Shown: positions 49,093 to 62,882 of the stretch, one piece after another
Layout: every line of letters begins with the position of its first letter
Numbering within the stretch: position 1 is the stretch's first letter
Assembly: GCA_964016885.1 (NCBI GenBank)
Contig: OZ024741.1
Span: 75,454,001 to 75,518,000 of the forward strand
Length of the DNA: 64,000 nt
Direction: 5' to 3'
Source: Eledone cirrhosa
Taxonomy: Eukaryota
Notes under the pieces: generated by a model
Seen by the model: the letters and a program-made list of their open reading frames with translations, nothing else
The model's database searches: none
Told to the model about the DNA's origin: nothing
Program-made: the position numbers and the translations under genes

Positions 49093-49732
49093 CATATGCA
49101 TATATATATGTATGTATATCATCATCAACATCTTCACCATTTAGCGTACATTTTTCCATGCTTGCATGGGTTAGACAGGTTGTCCACTCTGGCCAGACTT
49201 GACCACGCTGTACTTTGCTCTTATATATATATATATGTGTTGCGTGTGTGTGTGTGTGGTTTATGTGTGAGTGTGTGTAAACTACAAATTCCTTATATAT
49301 ATATATGGTCCACCTAGTTACTTACCACACTTCCTTCGTTATATATACATATAATTTGTAGTTTACACACATAGATATATATATAGTTGCAATATGTATA
49401 TATATATATATATTCAAATCACAAGCAGCGAAAGACGCGTTCCGAATTGTCCGACAGACAACCTTTTCCCCCACCCCGGAAAAAAACCCCAGTTGATGGA
49501 TGTGAATCCGAAATATATAGGGACTATTAAATCTCTCCCAAGGTAACTCTCTCTCTTGTGTTGTTATTATTATTTTTACCCTTTCACTCTTCCCTTCATT
49601 CTACACATCTCACACATCTTATACACACCACGCATCTCAACGTACACCCACTTACATATCTCTCTCTCTCCTACACCGGACCCTGTTACCCGGAGATTTA
49701 CCCATTTGCATTGTCGAGGCTTCCAAACGACT

Positions 49733-49782
<50 letters not shown>

Positions 49783-49783
<1 letters not shown>

Positions 49784-50436
49784 GAGGTGTGTCAGAAAAG
49801 TTCCAGGACTGATGTCACAAAAGATTTATTTCAAACCTAAATTTCACACTCAGAGTAACCTTAGCTCTCTGCAGCGATCAAACTTTTTCTTCATAATTTT
49901 ATATACATGTCCTCTGTTTCAGGTCGTCATGCAATGAGCACAGAGCAACAAACAAACTTGAAGTTTCTGGTACGGTTGGGGAAAACTCCGTTAGAAGCAC
50001 TGGGATTGCTGCAGCAAGTGTATGGAGATGAGATGATGTCACACTCACGTGTTTTTGAGTGGTGCAAGATGACCCCAGGAGCGGAAGGCCCTCAACAACC
50101 AGGACTGAGGTGAACGTTGAGCGCATCAGGCAGATGGTGCGTAGTGATCATCAACTGACTGTTCGACTGATGGCAAATGAGCTGGGCATGAATTGGGACA
50201 GCATCTGGAAGATTCTCACTGAAGATTTGGACATGCCGAAAGTCTGTGCGAAGATGGTGCCAAAACTGCTGAATGATGACCAGAAGGGTCGATGCATGCA
50301 AGCGTGGCAGAAAAGGAAGGAAAAGTGCATTAGACTCCAGAGGGATTACTTTGAAGAAGAAAACTCTCAGTGTGAAGTTTGGGTTTGAAATAAATCTTTT
50401 GTGACATTAGTCCTGGAACTTTTCTGACACACCTCG
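49783..50436 (+). mobile_element. internally deleted mariner transposon with both TIRs
   Basis: TA|CGAGGTGTGTCAGAAAAGTTCCAGGACT...AGTCCTGGAACTTTTCTGACACACCTCG|TA, with inverted similarity of about 70 bp. Encodes an HTH (EQQTNLKFLVRLGKT...VFEW, DDPRSGRP, VCAKMVPKLL) joined to the C-terminal CIRLQRDYFE. The DDD domain is deleted. Confidence 0.95.
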
Positions 50437-50573
50437 TATATATTGCTCCTATATATATATATATACCAAAGAAGAGGCATGTATCATAAGAGTGCAATAG
50501 CAGTTGCTTCTCCAATGTAAATTTTGTTTTTGAATATATTGCCGTCTCCTCCATTTATTCTGCTTATATATAC

Positions 50574-50609
<36 letters not shown>

Positions 50610-51114
50610 ATACATATATATATAAAGAGAGAGAAAGAGAACAGTGGCAAATATATTTATATACCTTTCAAGTAACCACAGACCTGTCCATGTGTTAGAT
50701 GTGTCACAGAGAAAAAGAAAAATATCAAACTGTAACTAAATCGAAAATAATAGAAGTTAGGTTATTGTTGATTATTGTGAGGGGGAAATTAATAGTAAGG
50801 TTACATCATATATGAAAGAAAATATAGTACCAGATTGTGTGTCTGTACCCTTGGAAATATCGGTAATATATTTATAGCAAATTTAATTCACTTATTGTTT
50901 TTATTTTTATTCTTTATTTTGTGTGTGTTCTGATTACAAATCAATATAAAGTTGTAGTCAAGGTAACTAACTGTAAACTCAACTGAGCTCTCTGTGTACA
51001 CCAGAGCTCCCACACCTCTTGTGTATCGATCTGGGTGAATTTAATACCCATTATCACACCTAGATAGAAATATGCACATACATATGGCATGCTCTCTGAT
51101 GCCCACTTGCATGC

Positions 51115-51512
51115 TATCATCATTTTCATCATCATCATCATTTTACGTCCGCTTTTTCCCTGCTTGCAAGGGTGGGACAGGAACTGATTCTGACTTGATT
51201 TCTACAGCTGGATGCCCTTCCTAACACCAACCTCATTTACAGTGAGTGCTGAGTGCTTTTTTTCCGTGGCGCCTACACATCCATTTTACAGTATGGGCTG
51301 GGTGCTTTTTTGCCGTTGCACCTCCACGACCACTTTGCAGTGGAATGACAGGGACCCCAGTCCTATCATCTCATTTCTACAGCTGAATAAACTGGAGCAA
51401 TGTTAAATAAAGTGTCTTGCTCAAGGAAACAACACATCACCCGGTCTGAGAATTGAACTCACACCCTTTTGATTGCAAGCCCAATGCTCTAACCACTAAG
51501 CCATGTGCCTCC
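51115..51512 (-). mobile_element. full-length CORE-type SINE (variant with two internal repeat units)
   Basis: tRNA head, CORE-like block, two about 45-bp AAAAAGCAC(C/T)CAGC..ACTGTAAA units and (TGA)n tail. Confidence 0.9.
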
Positions 51513-52325
51513 ATCTATATGTATATATATTATTGCACAGAAATATATATTATATAATGTATATTATATACATATATATTATATAATGTGGAAAGTGATA
51601 TAAGGCTAAACAATGCAAAATGGACGATCAGATGAAAGTAACAAGAAATTTAGTTACCTGGTAATCTTTATTTTGTTTTTTTGTTTTTTGTTTTGTTTTT
51701 TTTTTGTTATTGTTTCTTTCATCCTAATATTTTGGAGCTTAAAATTCCTTTCTTCGGAAAAAAATGTTCTGATTTCTTCTCTTTGGAATTAAATTTATAT
51801 TTGAATTTTATAAACACACATATATATATATATATATATATCATTTATAATATGTTGTTTGCCAATGGGTAGAAGTGGTGATTCCAGTTAGTAAATGATG
51901 ATGCACTGAATTAAAGCACTCAACGTTATGCAAATCACCCATCATAGATGTGGTATCCAGTGGCTGGTGCAAGAGCAGTGTTAGTTAAATATTCATTATT
52001 AACAGCATATTAACAGCAACAGAAGGTCAGACGGAAAAACACTATACATATTTCAGTGGCCCAATTTCATTACCTAATCATGATGCAAGACTTAGGCGAT
52101 TTCATCAGGTGTTGATTGCAGAATTAGTTATAAAAGATAACAGGATTACAGCAAATACAAACAGAGAGTAGAAAATAAAGGATAGATTTGGGGATGGTTT
52201 GGTAATTCAGTGTTTTTGTAACAGCAAACCACCCCTGAACCAAATCTATCCAAATCTGTCCTTTATTTTACTATTCTCTGTTTGTATGTATATAATTGTA
52301 TGTATACAATTATATATATATATAT

Positions 52326-54489
52326 ATTCACACCGACCCCACTACCTCCTAACTACTATGAAATGAAGGAAGACATCACAAACTTCTGTAGAAAGTTACG
52401 ACTCAGTGAAGAACTATTCGACCAGTACAATGAGGATGAATCATTAGCCAGAAATAGAAGCAATTACACCCCATCAAAAGGTAGAAATAAAATCCGGGAC
52501 GAATTCTGTGAACACATCACAAACTTCCCTTACCAACACTTGCACAGACAAAAACACAAGCCAAACCTCAACAAGAAAGAATGGGAAGAGTTAAATAGAT
52601 TAAAAACCGACAGAACCATTACAATTAAAGAGGCTTATAAAGGGAGAACAGTAGTCCTAATGGAGACAGAATTCTATATCAACTTAGCGCTCTCCACTTT
52701 GGAAAACGAAACATACTACGAAAAGGCTGAACACTACAATCAACAGAAAATTATGAGAAGCCTAAAAACTCTGATCAAAGAAGGACTCACTAACAAGGAA
52801 TTCAGCTTCATCACAGACTTCACAAGTAAATCCAGCCTTTCCTACGGTATCCCTAAAGTACATAAAAGCGAGTTAATAAGTAAGGCATGCAAGGAAGCCA
52901 CAGACATAGTCATCAATGTCCCCTCACCCAATGATCTCAAATTAAGACCTATAATAGCAGGTCCCGCTTGCGAAAACCCACCGCCTTAGCAACTTCATTG
53001 ATACCCTTCTCAAGCCATTTCTCAAACACATAAAAAGCTATATAAGGGACGACCTAGATATGCTCAATCACCTTCCTAATATGCCCTTTCTGAACAAACC
53101 CTACTAGTGACGTTCGATGTAGTCAACCTATACTCCAACATCCCCCACAACCTAGGAATAGAAGCTATCCAATTCTGGCTGGATAATTACCACAATGAAC
53201 TCCCACAACGCACCAAAAAAGAATTCGTGATAGAGGGACTCAAATTTATCTTGGAGAACAATTACTTCGTTTTCAATAACAAACCCTGCAGGCAGAAATC
53301 TGTGACCGCTATGGGAACGAAAACAGCCCCCACTTATACCAACCTAGTCATGGGATACCTGGAAATCACCCTCTACACTAAAGTTCTAAACACATTTGGA
53401 AACACTCTCCACTTACACATAGAAAGGAACTGGAAGCGATATATAGATGACTTCTTCATCCTTTGGCATGAAAACATCGAGAAACTTAAGAATTTCACAC
53501 CCTTATAAATGGGCTCAACACGAATATTAACTTCCACGAATATTAACTCCCCTTCCTCGACATCCTCATTAAGATTCATAACAAAAAAATAGAAACAGAC
53601 ATATACTACAAGCCCACAGACTCCAAGCAATATCTTCCTTTCAACTCTTGCCACCCTAGACACGTTAAAATTAATATTCCCTACAACTTAGCCAAGAGAA
53701 TCTGTACTATAGTCTCCAATAAAAACACCTGTTACTTACGGCTATAAGAACTAAAGGACACACTCATAGGCAGGGACTACCCTGCATCACTAATTGACAA
53801 TGGAATCCAACGTGCCCTAAAACTCAGTACCCAGGACCTTAGACACCCTAAAATAAATCAACCGAAACTAAAAGCTCTTCCATACATCTCCACACACAAC
53901 CCCCTCAAAAATGAGGCCTTTGACACCATCCTCCAGAACATCCCTGTGTTATAAAAGGACCATAGAATGTACCAAATCCTACGAACACACGATATCATAA
54001 AGAGCAAAAGACAATCTAAGTCAATGAAAAACATCCTAACACATGCCAAAGTACTGCCAACTACAACAACGAAACCCACAGTAAAAAAAAATGCGATAGA
54101 CCCAACTGTGGCATATGCATCAACCTAATAGAGGGTTCGGAATTCTATTTCAAAGAAGGACAACGTTTTATAGTAAAACACAATTTCACATGCGCATCAG
54201 AAAATCTAATATATGTATTAACTTGCTCAGGTTGTCGAGAACAATACATAGGCCAGACCAAAAACAGCCTCCGCCAACGCATGACTGTCCATAGATCCGA
54301 AATTAAAATACGGAATACAGGAAAATACCACTGAGTGAACACATTGATACCTGTGCCGCCCAAAATCATCCCAACTTCAGAATCTTTCCCCTCTACAAAT
54401 TTAAAGATAATGCCACCCACACCCAGCGCATCAGCAAGGAATCTCACTTTATTAACAAATACGGACCCCGCCTAAATACTTCTCCCTAA
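52326..54489 (+). mobile_element. Penelope-like element (probably Neptune-type), RT plus GIY-YIG endonuclease, frameshifted
   Basis: FTPTP, IKEAYKG..VV, YGIPKVHK, LRPII, FDVVNLYSNIP, AMGTKTAP, WKRYIDD, FLD, YYKPTDSKQYL, SCHP, Cys linker CDRPNCGIC, then NLIYVLTCSGCREQYIGQT..LRQRMTVH and terminal P.LN. Confidence 0.93.
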
Positions 54490-54921
54490 GACGAACCCAC
54501 AACATACACACGTCAACATACATACCTACATCAGCATAGATCCTACATACATCTCTATCTACATATAAACACAATGACATACGTAAACACACATGTTCTA
54601 TGGTGCAACACAAATATACACAAATTTGCATACCTTTTGATGTCTATATATATAAACGTGCCGACACACACACATACATATACGCACACATGCATTGCAC
54701 ACTGATGGGCACATACATATTTGTACACATATTTCCCCTTGCAGTACGTACAATCTGGACACTCACACACACCTTGGTCTTATGCCAATACTATATATCA
54801 TTTCACACCTTTTATTATTAAGGTCTTTGATGTTCTATTGAGAGAATCGTTTTTACTGAAAATATCGAATAATTTACCAGTATCACAAAAATACTGGTCC
54901 ACCCACACACACACACACATT

Positions 54922-55002
<81 letters not shown>

Positions 55003-55148
55003 ACATTAACATACAAAGAGACATATACACACACACACTTCTCCGTATAAGACAAGAGCTGAAAAATATCTTTTAACATGTTAAAATATCCCCCACACAC
55101 GTACAGACACATTCCTACTGACCGATCCCTCTACCACGAATTACTCTA

Positions 55149-55211
<63 letters not shown>

Positions 55212-55686
55212 TCTTAATAGGCATTTGAACTGTCAGCAGGCTTCGGTTCGCACACACATCCCTGCTGACCATTATCACAACAACGAACCTCTTTACTACT
55301 ACTACTACACACACACACACACATATTTCTCTTGAAAGACTTATTTTTCAGTGACTTCTCAATCAGATTTGCTGTAAAATCAATTTTTAACATTCACATG
55401 ACCTCTACCGACCAATCAAAATTGTTTTGACCACAAGAATTTTTTCATACATCTGGAGCCACTTTTTTTTACATAAAACAGGTAGAATTTCCAAAACTAA
55501 TCAGATTAGAGCAAACATCACAGGCGCTCTATCTCAAAATTATTTTTGAAAAGCATTAGAAATGTGCAAACGGTAAAACTTAAAACCAAAACTGAATACT
55601 AACCAATACTATTACTAATTTTTACTTATTCCTAATTAAACTATTTTTCACTGGGAACAATTTGTCAGCATTTTCTTTTCCTTTTA

Positions 55687-55780
<94 letters not shown>

Positions 55781-55785
55781 ATAGT

Positions 55786-55836
<51 letters not shown>

Positions 55837-57009
55837 CACACATATGTGTTTGTACGTGTGTGTAAAATTGTATCATATATAAGAGAAAGAAGTAAAATAT
55901 GAGTAACCATAATTGAGTTTGTATTGAAATTACCCATAAATTGAATTAATGGCTAATTTACTATATACACTAATATAATACCCAAATATAAAATTCCTTA
56001 GACAGACAATTTAAGAAGATATACTGAAGATCTTAATTATCATAAATAGTTTCTTTTGTTTAAGAAGCAAATATAATTAATGTCTAACGGATTTTGTCTT
56101 TGAATTGTTTCCACATTTAAAGATTGTGTCACTGGGTCAAAGGAATAGTTATTGATTATATATCAATTTTTAGACGTTGTTTAAAGTTCTTTCTATTTAA
56201 TCAATAAAGTTGTTAATCTTAAAAGAAGATTTATTCAAAGTGAACCTAACATCACAAGAAAAAAAGTGGTAGGAAAATATCCGAATCTATATTTAGATTC
56301 AGCTTAGAAAATTATACTTAGAACACATCAAAACACTTGTGACAAAGCTAAGAAACAAAAACTATTAACTCATTCTAAACCAAAGATTCACAAATGTTTT
56401 AGATCATTGCTCCTCTCATGAAATCTTTGACCCATCATTGACCTTAAGTCTGTACAGAAATAAATAACTAAATAAATCAGTAAACAGAATATGAAATAAA
56501 ATAGACAATAATTGTATATAAATCAGAAAACTTATCTAAGGAAGTTCTATTTTATAGTACCATTGTATGTATTTTGATTTCTTATACATAGGCACAGGCA
56601 TAGCTGCTTGTTTAAGGTGTTCATGCTGCAAACACGGTGTTTTGTGTTTAGTTCCATTGTGTGTCAGTACCTTTGTTTATATCTCATAAATTAGCAGTTT
56701 GATGAAAAGAGACTGATTAAATAACTACCAGACTTGAAATAAATAAATACTGTGGTCGATATGATCGACTAAATGCTTTTTGAGGTGATGCTCCAGCATT
56801 GCAACAGCCTTATGATTGAAACAAGTAATAAAATAAAAGAATAAAAATCAGGTTTTGGCCCAAAATTTAATCAACACCCTGAGTTATGCCATTGAACCCT
56901 AGGGGTCGATATCAACCATTTAAAGGATCCTGTTCTAAATTCTACCAAAACTTTTGCTAGATTAAATTGTTCAGCCAAGACAGCTAATCAATTCATCTAT
57001 TAAACTGAA

Positions 57010-57765
57010 TAGGTAGTGAATTGGCAGAGTCGTTAGTGCATCAGATTAAATACCTCATTATTTGTTCCACCAGATTAAATACCTCCATTATCAGTTCAAA
57101 TCCTGCCAAGGTTAGCTTTGCCTTTCGTCTATATGGGGTCAATAAATTAAAGCACTAATAATGCACTGGGATCGATTTACTCCACTTTCCATCCCACTCC
57201 CCAAATTGTTTGTCTTGTGCCTAAATCAGAAACCATTATTTGTTCCAACTTTGGCGGTGGATTGGCAGTATCGGTAGAGGGTCGGATGCCATGCTTTCCA
57301 GCATAGTTACGTCCCTTTACGTTCTGAGTTCAAATCCCGCTGAGGTTGACTTTGCCTTTCATCCTTACGGGGTCGATAAAATAAAGTACCAGTAATGCAC
57401 TGGGTTATTGCTGGCCTTGTGCCTAAAGTAGAAACAATTATTTGTTCCAACTTTCAGTGCTCTGAGCTCAAATCCTGTCATGGTGAACCTTGCTCTAATC
57501 TTTTGGGGATCAATAAATATAACCCCACTCCAGGAATAGAGAATTGATGGAACTGTTAAACAGTTTGACAGGATACTTTACAATATCTGATCAAGCTCTG
57601 TGTTCTGAGTTCAAATCATGGTGAACTTTGCTTTATCTCATTTTGGGATCAATAAATATAGTACCACTCATGGGTGATGGATCGGCAGAATTGTTAAAAG
57701 AGTTGGACAGGATGCTTTGCAATATTTGATCCAGCTTTGTGTATTTAGAGTTTGAATCCCACCTC
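57010..57765 (+). mobile_element. cluster of nested and tandem Nin-domain SINEs
   Basis: The young copy 57253-57436 is flanked by the 18-bp duplication ATTATTTGTTCCAACTTT, with older degenerate copies on both sides. Confidence 0.85.
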
Positions 57766-58327
57766 CTGTGAAGAGTTGTGACAAATAGATAGTGTCAGCA
57801 ATAGGAACATAGTTTCCTTGATCTGATCGACTCTTTTCCTTTTTTTTTTTTTTTGTTTTGCCTGACTAAATGTCATATGCTCCAACAAGGAAATAAAAAC
57901 AAAATGGAAACATATTGAATAATTGTATGTTTTTTTTGGGGGTGTATTTTTATGTTCTCTTACTGCTATCTCTAAGTAGATAAGCTTTTTTTTGGGGGGG
58001 GGGGGGGTCGATTTAATTCTGAATCAATAGCAGAGAACGATTACAGCAAATTTTTTTTATAGCAAAAGAGAATATTTCTCTACCGGAAATTAAAAGTCTG
58101 TAGTTATCCAGTTTTAAATGTTTCCTTTTGATATGTAAATACAACTTAGATTAACAAGTAAATAGATTGTAATGGAGAAGAGAGGAGGGATTAGAACACA
58201 GAAGAAAAATAGAATAAGAAGATTGTTATCCTCATGGCGGAGATCATACAGATGTGTGCATATATATATATATGTATATATTTATAGATTACACTTTCAC
58301 ACACTCATACATTCACATATATATATG

Positions 58328-58418
<91 letters not shown>

Positions 58419-61400
58419 TCTGTGTGTATTTATGTATGTATCCTCATCATCATCATTTTACATTTGCTTTTCCATGCTTGAATGAATTGGATTAGTCTTT
58501 TCCAGCACAGCGCCCCTCCAATATATATGTGTGTGCATACATATGTAAGTGTGTAAATATGTAGATGACTGTATGCCTTTGTATATATTCACACACACAT
58601 ACATACATGCATAAACTTCATCATGAAAAAGACATGCATACACACATCACTCATTATCTGTCTATCTATCTATTTAAGTATATATGTGTGTGTGCGTGTA
58701 TTGAGAGACCTCATCTTGCCTCTACATTCCATGTTTTGCATGGTTACTACAGCTGGATGCCTTGCCTAATGTCAACCACTTTACAGAATATACCAAGTGC
58801 ATTTTATTGTGGTCTCAGCACTACCTCTTTCCAGAGTGTACTGAGTGATTTTTTCATGGCAGTAAGTAGCCCTAGAGAGGTTGTCATATGCTCTGCCAGT
58901 CTACAGAAGCCTTTCTACATGATATTGTCTTTGCCTAATCACTAACCACTGAACAGTGTCCTGGGTGCACTAACCCTAGGGAGGTTGTCAGGTACTTGAC
59001 AGGTTCAGAGGGTTCTCTCCTCCTTATGTTGTCTCTGTTTGATCACCAACTACATTGCATAGTGATTAATAGGTTTCCTTATGCCCACCCAGACAAAAGT
59101 ATCCTCTCTACTCTACATAATCTCCATTTAATTGCCAACTATTTTACATAGATTATTAGGTGCACTTTATCTTGGCACTGGCATGAGAGAAGTTATCATA
59201 TGCTCAGCTATATTAGACATGCATGTCTACCTGGCATAACATCACAGCATGGATTAAATACATTTTATCATGGCATCAACTCTAGAGGATTTTTTTTCAG
59301 GTACTCAACAGGTTTAGAGGGTCATTTCTACTCTATCTCATCTTTGTCTTTATTTAGAAGGGAGGGATACTGAATGCATTCCCTTATCACACTGGGAATT
59401 TTCTCACCCACAGCAAGCTAAGGGGACATACAGTTTCCAATATTTTGCCACATTTAAGTTTAATGCTGCAGTGCTTGTACTGGTGAGGGTTTTTTTTATG
59501 GCATACCACCAGTTAACTCAGTACTGTGTCATCATCTTATAAGAGAAAACAAATTTGTTACTAGAAGATTTATATTTGTTTATATCGTTAGTTTATTTTG
59601 AAAATAATTATTGTACATACGGAATTTTATATTAGGTATCATATCTAAGAGATCAGCATCAAATGGAGCTGAATAATTGACTCTAGGAAGATATTTATAG
59701 GATTTGATATTAAAATGTTCAGTGGATATGGTGGCAATCACTCTGTCAAACAGTAGGGTTTTCCATCACAACTCTCATACATCTTACCCGTTATCTAGGA
59801 GTATTTTAAAATAGAGTTTGTTTTCAGAATTGTGATCATTTTAGTAGAGTAGTCTATCTTGAACAGGTCTTTCATATTGTTGTATCATTGTAAATCCTTG
59901 TATCCAACTTCTTTGGCTAATTGATACCAATCCCTAGGAACTAATAACATTTCAAAAAATGCTAAAATCTTTCATGGAAATACCAAATCACAGACCATAG
60001 CAAAATGTACAAAATTCTCCTTAGAAATGCCCTACAAGCTCACAGTCACTCATAATCTTTTATTCCAATATTCTCACCTATATCTTCTCTCAACACATCA
60101 CTCATCCATTTTATAAGTACTCCTTCATACCCAAGTTGAGATTGACATGCATTATCTCTGTTGCTCTGAATATATCACCTAATTAACCCTATCACTTTCT
60201 CCATCTTATCTTTTTTTTTTCCTTCTCCCCAAATTCTATGTAGCTCTACACGTTATATTTACTTATTTTTCTAGCTATTTTTCCAAAAAGAAAATTATTT
60301 TAATTCTGGTGTTACCCAAAGTAAAAATCAATCTAAGTACATCATCATCATCATTTTACGTTATGATACCTTAACTTAGTATATAACTGTACCAAATTCT
60401 TAATTTGTTTAGCTGCTTATACAGTGTCTAGTACTTCGTACCTCTTTGCAGGAGATATGATGTCCAGTCCTTTTTGTATCTGCCACCACAATTAAAATGT
60501 TCTCACACCATGTTGTCTATGGTTTTGGCTAACTCTCAGATCCTGAAAGATATAAAGATATTTTGTACTTTATTTGAACTTATTCAAAGATGATTCCTCT
60601 TATGATTAGTTTTGTGTCTTCTGTAGCTTTACCAAAATCGAAAGTTGGTAATCGATAATCAATTACTTAGATAGGTTTTTCCTTTGGTTTATGAACTATG
60701 AAACGGTACTGTAAGGAAAATAAAAACTTTTCTACCTTAAAATATGTGCTTTTTCCTAAATATTATGTGCTTTATATATATTTACAAAATACTATGTTTC
60801 TCAAACGATATATGAGTCATTCTCTCTCTATATATATATAAATATATCTTTTAATCTGAATTATATATATATAAAAGGCATATGACCATGTGTATATAAG
60901 CATGAACATGGCCATGTGGTTAAGCTGACTGGGAATTATATGCCAAAATACACAAAAGAATTTCAAACAAAACAGCTAGATTTCAGTATAAATTTAACTT
61001 ATTTTCTTAGAATATTCCATATGAAAAACACTACCTTTTTCAAATCATTTCGCAAACAATAAAAATTTTGAAAAAATTTAGTAAAAATAACTATCTTTCT
61101 CATTATTAAGCTGATGTTTTGAGTATAAGCTAAGAGTTTTTACATGAGATTTCATGGAAGATTTTTAAGTAATTATAAACACATTAAAATTTTGTATTGT
61201 AGAACCAGTGGCATTTTCAGGTGGTTTTGAATGATATCGGTTAAACATTACCAAATCTATTTACCATGGAATTGTTAGTTATCATTAATTCTATTTTGAA
61301 TATATAAGTTACAGAAATTTGTTTTATCTAAATAATACATTGTTCATTCTGTAAATCCTGAATAAGATAACAAATGAATTGTCAATTTAGCCTGAAACTT

Positions 61401-61619
61401 GCTCTTTAATAATTGTTGTTATTTCACCACACCTGAGGTTTTTAAATGAATAAGAAAAGAAACATCATTATCATTTTCATTGTGATATTGAAGAGGAAGA
61501 AGGGTGCTGGAGGACAGAGTAGGAAAGGTATTCTTTCAGCTGTATGTCTCAAGTATGTTGCTTTGACAGATTATATTCCATCTTTTGTCATGGTGCAACT
61601 GTCCCTCCCCACAAACAAA

Positions 61620-61712
61620 AAGAGATAGAAAATAGAGAGATAGAGAAGAAGAGGAAGAAGAAGAAAAGGAGAGAGATAGAGAAAATGAGGAAGAAGAAGG
61701 AGAGAGATAGAG

Positions 61713-61744
<32 letters not shown>

Positions 61745-62556
61745 GAAGAAGAAGAAGAAGAAGAAGAAGAAGAGACATAAAGGCAGTAAGAAAGAGAGAG
61801 AAAGGGGGAGAAAGTGAAATATAGAAACAGAAAGAAAAAGACAGAGACATGGCAATAGTAAAAGAGATAGGGGAGAAAGAGAGAGAAATGTAAACCATGA
61901 AAGAGTCAAAGACATGAAGAGAGAGAGAGAGAAGAGGGTGAGAATGAGAGACATAGAGAGGAACAATGGAGTGAGACAAAACTTGGAAACAAATGAGAGA
62001 GTATAAAAGACAGTGAGAGGTGGAGGAGACATAGTAAATGTGAAAGGGAGAGTGGGAGGGATATTGAGAAACAAGTGAGAGAGAGTAAGGGTCGCAGAGA
62101 TACATACAGGGACAGGGAGTGAGAGATACATACCAACAATAGGAAATAGAATTGGAAGTGGTAAGAGAGAGATAGATTAGCTGAGAGTGAGAGAGAGAGT
62201 GAGAGAGGTTAGCAGAGAGAGAGAGAGAGTGAGAGAGAGAGTGAGAGAGAGAGTGAGAGAGGTTAGCAGAGAGAGAGAGAGAGTGAGAGAGAGAGTGAGA
62301 GAGAGAGTGAGAGAGGTTAGCAGAGAGAGAGAGAGAGAGAGACAGGCAGACAGACAGACAGAGGCAGAGAGAGGGGGGCACAAACAGAGACAGATAAAGA
62401 GTCACAGAGAGAGATAAATATATACTGAGAGAGATGCAGAGAGAAAGAGGAAGAGAGAGAGAGATTTATATTCAGAGACAGAGAAATATATATACAGGGA
62501 CCCAGAGACACTTATACAGAGAGAGAGAGAGAAAGAGACATACTCAGAGAGAGAGG

Positions 62557-62592
<36 letters not shown>

Positions 62593-62737
62593 CATACAGA
62601 GAGAGAGAAAGAGAGAGACACATACAGAGAGAGAGAAAAACCAAGAAACATACCAACAAAAAGAAATACAAGTGAAAATTAGAATCCAATAACGTTTATG
62701 GTTTCAAACTTGTAGTAAAATTGTTTTCTTCTCTCTA

Positions 62738-62796
<59 letters not shown>

Positions 62797-62882
62797 CTCT
62801 ATCCCCCTCTCTCTCTCTCTCGCTCTCTCTCCCCCCTCTCTCTCTCTCTCGCTCTCTATCCCCCTCTCTCTCTCTCTCTCTC
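61620..62882. repeat. about 1-kb purine-rich (GA/GAA)n tract followed by a (TC)n tract
   Basis: Read directly. Includes three about 52-bp units marked by GGTTAGCA at 62207-62322. Confidence 0.95.

Noticed and set aside
49907-50388. Domesticated transposase gene (SETMAR/GVQW-like)
   Set aside because: Both TIRs and TA duplications are present and the ORF is frameshifted and internally deleted, so it is an ordinary defective mariner.
58740-59500. Loose tandem repeats with CCTAG(A/G)GAGGTTGTCA and CAGGTACT..ACAGGTT.AGAGGGT
   Set aside because: They appear to be decayed, locally duplicated SINE/RTE-UTR pieces, too degenerate to define a unit.
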